Source of the DNA: Callorhinchus milii
Lineage: Eukaryota
Direction of reading: 5' to 3'
Assembly (NCBI RefSeq): GCF_018977255.1
Contig: NW_024704742.1
Coordinates: forward strand, 130,698,001 to 130,762,000
Length of the DNA: 64,000 bases
The notes under the pieces: generated by a model
The model's database searches: none
Told to the model about the DNA's origin: nothing
The model's input: the letters and a program-made list of their open reading frames with translations, nothing else
Position numbers and translations under genes: made by a program
In this document: piece after piece, positions 52,641-64,000 of the stretch
Numbering within the stretch: position 1 is the first letter of the stretch
Layout: every line of letters begins with the position of its first letter

Positions 52641-54117
52641 AATTAAAATGTCAACCCAGACTATGCAAATCCAAGCTTCCGATATGGGACTTGAACCACA
52701 ACCTGACATCTATCAGGGGCAAGTGTGCTTAAAAAAAACACAGTATATAAACCAACAATGTTAGAATTGTTTTTTGTAAAAAAACATCTGGCTTTCTTCA
52801 CTGTATTTAGTATTTTTGAAGTATCTTACCGATCTTGTGTATCTTGTGTAATACAGCTACAATTTTGACTTTTGATCTGCACAGGATACTGTATGCAACA
52901 AGCTATAAAATTATGGCTTATCCCAGTGTGGTACCTTGAGTTGTGTTCACAAAAGCTGTCACGATTTCCATCACCTCAGTGAAGATCAAGATGTATTCTG
53001 TTGTGTGAAATTCATGACTGCATTTGTAGCAATTACAGCAGTGATGATTGTTTCAAATTTGGACCAGTAATTTTAACATCTGAAAATAGGCTAAAGATGT
53101 AGAAAACAGTAAACATAATAATATAAAAATAAGCCAGACTAGGGAAGAGAAATTAGAATACTATAATAATTCTTGCATTTGATACAGCGTACAATCAAGT
53201 CGTCGAGATGTCTCAAAGCGCTTCATGGAATATACTGTAAAGTGGATTGACTGTATTTTGTGGGCAAAATGAGGCAGCCAATTGCACACAGCAATGTCCC
53301 ACAAACAGCCATGGCATGCGTGATCAATTGGGGGATTGTTAGCCAGGACAAACTCCCTTCTTTTAGAAAGAACACAGCTCAAGATACCACACTGGGATAA
53401 GCCATAATTTTAAATTAGAAAGAAGTGCTGATGTATTCCATAGGCTTAATGGTAGTATTGTGTTGCCACTAGGATTTCAATGAATTGCTGTAGTAGATTA
53501 ATTTTTACATAGCTACACTGTAGGTATTCTCACACCATTACCAGGACTAAGATTTCAGCAAAACACAACAGCGGGCTTGGGAAATTTACATATTATACTC
53601 AATTGAATAATAAAAATTCTCCAGATGTTGTCATTCCAAACTTTGGTTGTACCTGGAGAGCATTCAAACTCAGCTGGATCCCGTTTCTATACCAGAATTA
53701 AATGACACTCACTATCCTGACCCAACTGTCCAGCGCCTTGGGACGTCCTCCCGACGTGAAAAGCGCTCTATAAATGGAATCTTGTTGTTGTTGTTGTTGA
53801 TATGACTCCTAACAGTTCTTTTTAACAACTGGAAAACTCACAATCTGATTTGAATACTCTTAAGCATTGTGATGGTATTCCACATATCAGACACTCAGCT
53901 GACCAAAACAAACCAGGCAAAGTAAGAAAACGTCATCACAGAAACACTTATAGTCAGTGTTAAAATTTGCAGAGGGCAGGAAATATCACTAACCACACAT
54001 TTGGAAATATTTATAACCTTTCATCATTTGTAGCCTTGATGGCCATTTAACACAAAGGGGAATGAATAAAAATAGTTCAACATAAAATTAACTAAGAATC
54101 CACTTTTAAGAGTACAT

Positions 54118-54870
54118 GTACAGGCCTCCATGAAGTGCTGATACCCCTTTTTTGTTGTACAGTGCACTGACCAACAACAACAAAATTACATTTGTATAAC
54201 TCCTTTCATGTCGGGAGGACGTCCCACGGTGCTGGACAATCAGTGTTTCGGACCTGAGCTGGGTCTTGGGATCGGAGTGGTTGGGGGGGGGTGGGGGTGG
54301 TAGGGCAGGGGAAGGAGGGTGACCAAAGGCACAGTCAAACAAGAGAGTCTTGAGATAGGTCTTCAAGGAGGCAAGGGAGGGGGTAAGGCAGAGGGACTGT
54401 GGGATAGAGTTCCAGAGGGTGGGGGAAGAGTGGCTGTAGGCCCGCCTGCCAATAGTGGGGCGGGCGACGTGAAGCAGGCCAAAGCCCGCTGAGCAGAGGG
54501 AGCAGGCAGGTTGGTAGGGTGTTCGGAGTTGCAGAGGTTGAGGGAGGGGGAGGTAGCAAGGCCATGGAGGGCTTTGAAAGAGAGGACCAGAAGCTTGAAC
54601 TATATCCTCTGTGTGATGGGAAGCCAATGGAGTTGGGCGAGGATGGTGGTGACCAACAACCGAAACATGTGGGAAAATGGTGTATTTAGAAGTATTTAAA
54701 TGCATTCAGTACAAGTTTAACTATATTTAGACGTCCAGAGGATCGGCGTGAACACCATCATCTTCATGGCAGATAATGATCCGTTGCCAAGTTTGGTGTG
54801 ACAGCTTGTTTTGGCTCTGCCATAGTCTCATATTGCTATTTTGTATTAAGAGGTAAGAGGACTGTGGACA
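54118..54870. mobile_element. Second, degraded copy of the Tc1/mariner MITE split by an L2 insertion (54179-54649, minus strand)
   Basis: 54118-54178 and 54650-54870 align to 12812-13138; 11-bp TSD tgaccaacaac. Confidence 0.8.
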
Positions 54871-55800
54871 AGCATCACCTTTGGCTTTTAAATAGACAAA
54901 AACTCCAGGAGGGGTGCTACAGAATCACACTTCAGCTGTCACAATTCCCAAAAAGACAACTGTTCCACACCTGATGCATTACAGCAAAGTAGACCGAAAA
55001 ATGGTATCACAGTTGTCCACTGAATTTGAAAACTCAAGCAGGTGCAAACATCTGCCAAACAACATGTTCCCATTCTGTTCCATAATGAAAACAGTCCAGC
55101 ATTTGTTTATACAGACAGTTGGCAGCAACACTCAATCAACCACTTGTTGAGAATGTGTTTCTTTGTGTGTGTATACTATGAAAAGCCACTACTATACATA
55201 TAGTTTATGTGAAAAAAGTACACTATTTTTGACCATTTCCATCAAATTGAAATGGTAGGTTCCTTTGCAAAGTCTTCTTGGCTCCAAAACATACAGTTTA
55301 CTACATTTCAAAATTCAGCTTGAAATTTAAGAATTTTTGGTCCTTGCAAAACGCTTTATGAGGAATTGACGTTCAGTGGCATTTTATTTAAAGAGCTCCC
55401 ACTGAAAAGGAGAATTAAAAACATTCTCATTCATTACCTGTAATAAAGAATCCATCACTTTCTCCATTACCTAGGTCCTGGCTCTTCAGTTATCTACATT
55501 ACACAAAGTACCCTGACATTCTCCAATGAAGCTTGGAAGAACACACTGGGCCAATATGAATGCCACTTAGAGGCCATTGAACATAAATATTTTATACTGG
55601 AGAGTATTCAACAAAAAAAATCCAAAGGAGGGAGTGCATTATACAGGAAAATATCATAGTAGTTAACAGAACTGACTGTTCTAACTTCCTGCTTGCCAGA
55701 CTTCCCAACTCATCCCTCCATAACATGCAGATTATTCAGAACTCTGCAACTCGCATCCTCTCCCACACCAAGCTCTGTTGAGCCAATTACCCCCATCCTA

Positions 55801-56183
55801 TGGAGTCCTGTAGCTTAGTGGTTAGAGCACTTGCCTCACAAGCGAGAGGATCTGGGTTTGATTCCCGGCCGGGCAAAACGTTGGTCAAGTTTCCTTACTC
55901 CATACGCCTCTGTTTACCTAGCAGTAAATAGGAACCCAGTTGTTAGTCGATTGGTGGATCACTTTTCCGGGGGTAATAATCCTTTCTAAAAAATATTTTT
56001 TTAAAAAAAATTTGGTCACTCAATCCACAACTGTTTGTGGGACACAGCTGAGCGTAATTGGCTGCCACGTTTCACCGACAAAATATACAGTCAATTCACT
56101 TTATAGTATATTTTGTGAAGCGCTTTGAGAAGTCTCGGAGATGTAATAAGGGGCTATATCAAATGCAAGGATTATTATTATTA
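55801..56183 (+). mobile_element. Full-length long-subfamily SINE inserted in an L2 fragment (55680-55800, 56185-56325)
   Basis: Complete head/body/tail; flanks read QIIQNSATRILSHT and …WIP…QIEFKVFILTFK. Confidence 0.88.
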
Positions 56184-59100
56184 TTCTCACCCAATATTAC
56201 TGGATCCCCATCCCCCAGCAAATCGAGTTTAAAGTCTTCATCCTCACTTTTAAAGACCTTTATAGTCTTGCTCCCCACCCCACCTCTGCGACCTACTAAA
56301 AGCTTACCAACCTGCCCGCTCCCTCGTAGTAGGTTAATATCTTCATGTCACTCCAATATTATGCAATACTGTAGGTTAACACTAAGCTTCGTCAATACAG
56401 AATTTTTCAGTCAAAACTACACAGACTAAAATGCCTATTGAATGATTCAACATGGTTTGCAGTATCATATCTATCATTTTCAATGACATACATTTACAAT
56501 TGGTGATCACTTGCTAAAAACACTGAGGCTGCAGTAACTTTGAATCTACCCTCTTTAGCCTACAATTTCAAATATAACAGTATCTGAAAAATATCAAAAG
56601 CGGATTTATTGAAAACCTATATGCCAGCAACTAGCAATTTTTTTTATAAACATCACCATAGAGGAAGTGAGATTACATTCTATTGTATAGACTCAAATAG
56701 ACACTGCTTTTAAACCATTATAGTCTGGTTTCTTGAGACCTCCTTCGTACCTAGCCTAATTCTCTACTTTCACCTCATCTTGATCTCCTCTTCAACTTTG
56801 AAGTCACTCTCTTCTCCGTGGTTGTCTGCTGTAAGATCTAGAGCTCATGAAGTGGGAGTGTGGCAAACTCAGTGTAGTTATACTGCTTTGGAGTGGTCAT
56901 GCACACAAAAATCACATGGAGCCAACCTGCTGGTCAGATAGAAAAAGCACAAAATGTACTCTGCCTCCAATAAAACGGTAATTTAAAATACACTATAAAA
57001 CATTTCAGGCAAGGATTTTGTAATCTCTCAGTTTACGTATTCTAAATTTGGTTCAATTTGTCAAAGTGAAGCCGACAGTATATCAACTCTGCTTGTCCAG
57101 CAGCACACTGCATTTAACCAGGTCAAAAACTGTGCTTCACTCATTGAATGGAAGGCTATATGTAGTAATAATAATTATAATGATCCTGCATTTGATATAG
57201 TCTCAAAGTGCTGCACAGAATATACTGTAAAAGTGAATTGCCTGTATATTTTGTGGGTGAAAGAAGGTCTCCACGGTAAATTATATGTAGCAGTGCAAAC
57301 AAAGGAGGGAAGACAGGAAGCTGCATAACAATAGTCAGCACCAAAAATTAAAGATGTATTAATAAGACGTGCATCTGATTCTCTTCTCTCTGCCCCCCAC
57401 CTCTCCCCATTAAATGGAACCGTATCAAGTGATTTACACAACATTTAAATGAAACCCACGCATCAAATTGTTCCTTTATGCACCTGCACCCAAAAAGCTT
57501 ATTACAGGAAGCAAAGGATGCCTTGCTCATTGAACATTTACAGAGCTCCTCCATGGATGGTTTGAAACGTTCAATGGTAATACTGTATTTTCCTTCATGG
57601 TAAATCAAGTGGCTTTATTTCCATGAAAAGTACTCAGGAAAGACGGATGCATTAAATTTAATTTCTGCTCTGTAAATGCACTTCAAATTGTTCTAAGATC
57701 ATTTTGACGCAACAAAAGCTTTTTGGATAAGACATCGGTAAAATACAGTAACACAGCTACAGGGTGCAACCTGTGCTGCTCGACTCTCATCCAAGGTTTT
57801 TCTCTCTGCATTAATAAGCCGAACACCATAAAAGTATGGAAACAATAAAATGAACACATATAAAAAAAATAACCGATTTTGTGGTCCCAGGGGTCAAGTC
57901 ATTTTGTACCAATTGAAATGACATAATATACAATGATATTCAACAATATGTAATTATCCTCACATTTGGTTAAGTGAGTTTCACGTTGGGAGGATGTCTC
58001 ATGCACTTCACAGGATACACTGTAAAGTGTAGTGACTGTGTGTTGTGTGGTTCAATGCAAGAGAGACATGTACACCTAAGGGAGACATTTTGGAACCTGA
58101 TAAGATCGTTGCCAAATCCAATTCACATGATTCTGCAAACTATGAGGATTCTAAATACTCAGAGCAGTAACAATGCAGTTGACCTTCATTCTGGGATTGC
58201 TTACATCTGTGTGTGTGTGTACGTGTGTGTGTACGTGCGTGTGTGGGGGGCAGCTGATACTTAAACCAGCCGATTGCATAATGGAGATCATTATCAATAG
58301 AAGCTCTTGATGATTTGAAGGCGTGGGTGGGGGTGCAGACTAAACAATCCGGTTAAGAAAATTCACAAATTTAAGAAAATTCACAAAGGTGCTTTGTGAG
58401 TAACTGACTAACTTTTCCAAAACACTGATAAATCAATGTCCAGTTGGCTTTTGATGACGGTCTGGCCTTCAGCCTCTCTGCCCTCACCCTTTGGAACTCC
58501 ATCCCACATTCCCTTTGCCTTGCTCCCTCTTTAAGGCACATCTCAAAACCTTCCTCTCCAACAAATCCTTCGGCCACCCGCCTACCATCCCTGCCCTTCA
58601 CCCTCCCTAAAATCAATTGGGAACGATTCACTAGCACTTCAATATTCCATGTCATGAAGTGCCATAGGCTCATATCTGCGATTTTCAGATAGCGGGTTTG
58701 AAAACTCAGCCCAACTTCAGTGTGTTGGAGGAGGGTACGCCATCATTCTAGACTACTCTCAGAGACCTCCTACCTGCTGGTTATGACAGCAGCATGTGTA
58801 TTTGTCAAGGCCTGGAAGGAGCTTGCCTGCCTGCCCAAGAGATCTAGAAATAGAGAACACAAGTTTCAAAATAAGATCAACCCCCCCCCCCCCCGCCACT
58901 GAACTCAAATATACACTGCTCCTTGAAATTAAAGTGTTGCCCCCACCGCCACCCCTCTATTCAGCTTTAACAGCAAATCTGCAAGGACAAAGAGCTTATA
59001 CATTGTGAAACACAGTGAACAAGACAGTGCAATGTCCAGAAATGCTATCCATATCAGTGCCATCAGCGTTTTGCCCACAAAATATACAGTCACTACTACA

Positions 59101-60211
59101 ACAACAAATTACATTTGTATAGTGCCTTTCACGTAAGTGGGATTTCCTCAGGCACGGGACAGTCAGGGATCCACACCCGAGCTGGTGGTTGGGATCAGGA
59201 GGGGTGAAGTGCGGGGGTAGGAGGATGACCGAAGGCACGGTTGAAGAGCATACACTTTACAGTATATTCTGTGAAGTGCTTTGAGATGTCTCAAAGACAT
59301 AAGGTACTATATCAAATGCAGGGATTATTATTATGTGCCAATTAACCTTGTGGATTTTAATGATTTGAATGAGTAGCATTATCTGCATGTATTTAGGATG
59401 TGTAAAATCCTTACATCATACATAGGGGAATTTGCTAAGAGCTCAGCAGGTCTCAGGTGAGAAATACTGAATGGACAATTTCACACACTCCTTAGGTTCA
59501 AAGAGTACAGACATCATGAAGTCAGAGAATGAATCAGTGTCCCTGAGAAAATAAGTATCTAATGAACCTCACAGTCACCAGCTGTGTTCAATCATCTGAG
59601 TGTCTTACCAACACCACATTCAATTGGAAGTATCAAATAAAGTTATTACTGGATAAAAATAAAGCATTAAGGGAAATGTCCTACCCAATCACAGATTGAG
59701 AAACACGTTAAATAAAATCAAACAATTTCCAGATCCAGGCAAATTGTGGCTTGGGGAATTTACATAAAACATACTGTTTTCTAACCATTATTTACGTTAA
59801 GGTGTCAAACTGGTTCAGATAGAATTATAATTTTGGGGGGTGGGTCGGGATAAAAAGAATAGTCAGCTTTCAGTTCCACTTCTGATCATTGTCTAGTGAC
59901 CTTTCCTAGACATGCGAGTCGCTAGCAAATCATTCTGAATCACTTAGCAGCAATGTCACCCGCTCGCAGTCTGTTAAAAACAAAAAATTCTTGAACCTTA
60001 ATAAACAAAAATGAAAATCATGCAGCAACAAAAACAGGAAAAACGTTTCACACAAATTAAAACAAAAGATATTGCTTAGCTGTGACCTCCAAAGCCTCAG
60101 AGATAATGATGCAAGTAATTTGCTTCTGCCTAAAATTCAAAAATGCTAAATCTAAACAATGCATAATTCAACAGATTAACCTAATATGACCATTCAATTC
60201 AGCAATTCTTG

Positions 60212-60587
60212 TGGCGCCTCAGCTTGGCTCAGCTGGTACCACTCTCGCCTCCGAGTCACAAGGCTGTGGGTTCAAGGCCCACGTTGGGGTGTGAAACTCA
60301 CAGTGTTTAAGCCGGGGGCGTGCTGGATTGTTGGAGATGCCGTCCTTCAGGTGAGACGTTAAACTAAAATCCCATCTGCCTGCCCAGGTGAACATTAAAG
60401 ATACCATGGCACGATTCGGAAAAAAAAGGGAATGGCCAACCATCCCCCAAATAAAATTGGTCATTCAATCCATTGCTATTTGGGGGACACTGTTGTGCGC
60501 AAATTGGCTGCAGCATTCGCTCACAAAATACAGTCCTGTGAAGCACTTTGAAATGTGTCCCGAAATGTCCCTATGTCAATTGTAAAG
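60212..60587 (+). mobile_element. Near full-length Deu-domain-like SINE (SacSINE1-type)
   Basis: tRNA-like head tggctcagctgg…ggttcaag, core gagacgttaaac…caggtgaacattaaagataccatggcac, shared 3' segment gggacactgttgtgcgcaaattggctgc. Confidence 0.75.
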
Positions 60588-61849
60588 ATACAGTAAACAC
60601 CAGTAAATTTCAGATGCTTGCTGCTGGCACAGATCAACTGTGTTTACATAATATTCTAGATTATATAAAATGATTCATTTTCAAATCAGCATCTCTTTCT
60701 TTGATTATTAATTTTAGTTACCAACTGGCAAATTATTGATAGGTCTAAAGGCTCTTTCAAGATGGAGCCTCTCTCAGTTTATTGACTGTAACCATATGAA
60801 TGCTGTTGGTCCTGAGCAGCGTTCAGAACGCATCTGTTAATTTATACAAGTTACATTTCTCAAGTGCAGCTGTAGGAACCAACTGAACACTTTCAGAGAA
60901 TTGCCCTGAGGAAGCGTTCCATTTTTATGTTTCAATATAGAAATAATCAAACCCAAATTTACACCCAAATTCAAATGAATTGCCCTTTCATCCCATTGTT
61001 GTTTATGGGTTGCTGTTGATGCAGATTTGCTGCAGCATTGGCTGTGACATTCATTTCAAATCAATTATATTTTATAAAGTGCTTCAGGACATGTAATGTG
61101 AAAGGTGCCATATTAACATCTAAATGAGTTCCTTTTGTCAATTCTTCAAAAAGTTTTTTTATGGAACAACAACTTGCACTTATATAGCGCCCCTCACTCA
61201 GGCTAGCGTCCCAGAGCGCTTGACAGTGGAAGAGCACAACCCTGAGCCAGGAGGGTGTGACCATAGGCACAATCGAAGAGGATGGTCTTCAAGCATTGAA
61301 CAGCAATTTATGCTTTGCATATAGTAACCTTCTCCCAAGGTTAGCCCAAAAAAAGTCGCAAAAACAACAACAACAAGATTACATTTGTAAAGCGCCTTTA
61401 ACGTCAGGAGGACGTACCAAGGAGCTGGAGAGTGTACAGCATTTCAGACCCAAGATGGGGTCAGGGAGGGAGAAGGGAGGGGAAGAGAAGGGGGATGACC
61501 AATGCCACGGTCACTCAATTTTCTGATCGTCTTGAAACCAGATTAGATTGTGTTAAGACCTTTTTGGAGCTTGCATGTTCATGTGACAAAAAAAAAGTTT
61601 TATTTTGGCGAGCAGGGTAACTGACAGATGCAGAAAACCATTCAGACCACTGTCTGGTAAGCTTCCTGCTGTTTGTCCAGCTGAGACCACCCTTCTAGTC
61701 TGGGCATTGCAAGGTTAACAGGAGCTGAGTGGGAAGATTCACTGCTCCCAGCAGTCTGCCCCTCCAGATCCTTGCAGATGAGCTGGCCTGGTTGGTCTGA
61801 CAACACCAGTGCCCTAGAGTACTTTTATTAATTTTAAATAATTAAAATA

Positions 61850-62042
61850 ATAATTCGGCCACTCAATTCACAAATGTTTGTGAGACACTGCTGTGTGGAA
61901 ATGGCTGCTGCATTTCGCCCCACAAAATATATGGTCAATTCGCTTTAGAGTGCATTCTGTGAAGCGCTTTGAGATGTCTCAACGACGTGCTAAGGCGCTA
62001 TATCAAATGCGGGGATTATTATTATTATTATTATTATTATTA
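61850..62042 (+). mobile_element. 5'-truncated SINE with long (ATT)n tail
   Basis: Shared SINE 3' segment and stem-loop. Confidence 0.85.
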
Positions 62043-64000
62043 TGGTTCAGGCCTTGCTCAAGAATTAACAAGCCTGCAACAGAGGGTTGATATGATTCTG
62101 ACGTTCCATTGCCAAGCACATCACCTGGAGCCAGCTAAACCAGAAGAAATTACCTTCCCCTCAAGGTCTACAGACACTAGTTAGGGGAAAAATGGTTCAT
62201 CAGGTCATTTTGTGCCAAAAATAATCAGACTTGTTTTTTAAAAAAAAGTTAACACTAAAAAAATCAATCTGTCTAGTATTGAATGGACAAGAGACGAAAA
62301 CTCAACTGTTCTCTCGATGTCTAAAATAAAAGTTCTCTTAAATTCCTTTTAACACAACCGAAAAAAAATTGGCCTCTATTCTAACTGTTTTAATTTAACC
62401 CAATTGATTCTAGCTGCTGACAGTTTAACATTTATTTTAAACATGTCACCAAATGAACGAGCAAAAGGACAGCTTTCTGAAGAGTGCCTAGCAACAGAGA
62501 GTAGACATTTATACAAGTTACAGCTAAGCAAGGAAATCTCCCATTGAAATAAACCTTTCCACTAAGTGGTAGAGCACAATCCTTGGATGTGCTGCTAAAT
62601 TAGTCCTTAATTGCCAAAGGTCTAAAATGTCTCTGGTCAAAGCATTTAGTGAAAAATAAGGCTCCCGCTATATGGAAAACAAAGATTGCTCTGGGACACT
62701 ACCCTGTGTGAGGGGCGCTATATAAATGCAAGTTGTTGTTGATGTTGCTGTACAGATTCTTTCAAAAATACTTCAATGAAACAGCCAGATAATAGGAATT
62801 CATACCATTATTTGTCTTCAACCTTCAAGCTAATAAAAAAATGCTGCAGTAAATTGTCAAGGTTGAACTACACTGCATAATAGAATTAGAACATCCAAAA
62901 TGTATTTTATCCAGGTTTTATCCTATGGTTAGATATACATCTTTATACTGTAGTTACATTATCAGTATTCACACAATGCATGCAGTTTTCAAAACACTTT
63001 TGAGTGATTACTATCGTGCAAACTTGGTCACAAAGCTCTTGGCTCAAAGAGTAAACAGTTTCAAGTCATCTCTTGCTTGTACCAATCTTGCACCGTTGCA
63101 AATATCATTGGCATGTTACACATAACAAGGTTAATGCTGTAGTATGGCAAATCAGTCCGATGTTCACTACCAGAAGAATGCAAGACTGGGAGCAAAACAA
63201 GCAACGTAACTTGCATAACTCCCAAAATACTCAAATCAGAAGAAGGGAAGTATATTGTAGCTGGAAGGTTACTGCTACATTTATACTGTCGTACTTAATG
63301 CTCACAAGCATCACGGGCACAAATGAACAAAGCCTTCAGCAGATTCTATTTACAGAATATCCAGAGCACATTTTTTGGAACATTTTAAACCTTAGTTCAG
63401 GGATGACTTTGTAAAGATGTGCAGTAGTTAGAAGCTGCAGTGAGATATGTACTGCAATATATGCACTCTTGGAGGCTGCACCACAGTGCTGCAGCGAGAG
63501 ATATACTGCAATGTATGCATTTCTGACGGATACTGTTTAGAGCGCAAGATTGCACAAGTTTCCATAAAACTCTGCCAGTATCGATTTTCTGTCATTTCTG
63601 TGACATCCACATTTTAAATGCATTCAATAGGAATATGAATGATTGCACATGGTTAAAGGCAAACGTGTAACTCAGTTTATTTATGCAAGGTTCAAACACA
63701 TTAATAAACATCATTCTGAAAGAAAATCAGTGAAACAACTAAAAATGCTGTATATTGCATGATTCTCCTCTTCCCCTTAATGGGTGTACATCAAACTGGC
63801 TCCAGAGCCAGGTACTGGCAACCCTCCAGTAGCTCAACTGTGCCTGTCACAGAGCATCAAAGCCAAATCCAATCCTGTCCTCACTTCACATTCATTCAAA
63901 CAATTTTACTTCCACCAGAGGACAGTAATAATAATTTCCACTCTGTACATTCCTACATGTATAATAAATAATAATCCTTGCATTTTTTGCACCTTTGAGA

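Larger units (their letters stand above)
26878..64000 (-). other. UBE2R2: UBE2R2 intron 1 (partial, >37 kb); exon 1 lies beyond the window
   Basis: No N-terminal exon (…FGPPNTLYEGGYFK) or CpG island seen by eye or in the ORF track. Confidence 0.8.

Overview
This is eukaryotic vertebrate DNA, most likely from a cartilaginous fish (chimaera/shark-like repeat landscape; inferred, not proven). The only host gene I can support is UBE2R2 (CDC34B, ubiquitin-conjugating E2) on the minus strand. Four coding exons are present: 26877-26791, 21939-21842, 19184-19050 and 14662-14443, all with GT-AG boundaries and consistent phases. A ~1.1 kb TE-free 3'UTR follows. Exon 1 is not in the window, so 26878-64000 is a first intron of more than 37 kb. 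The rest is dense retroelement debris: tRNA-Ala-headed SINEs with L2-type stem-loop/(ATT)n tails, older Deu-domain-like SINEs, two L2 LINE subfamilies, CR1 fragments, a Tc1/mariner MITE, a probable solo LTR and an unclassified A-tailed repeat family. Almost all ORFs in the track are repeat artefacts. I found no novel protein-coding system, CRISPR array or true tRNA gene. The most interesting signals are retroelement mechanics: a SINE source/daughter pair sharing ~90-110 bp of unique 3' flank, a SINE subfamily whose 3' loop matches one L2 subfamily, an unexplained 114-bp 97%-identical intronic duplication with a hairpin, nested insertions with readable TSDs, and a repeated 15-nt 3'UTR motif. 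Repeat family names come from recalled consensus features, not database searches.
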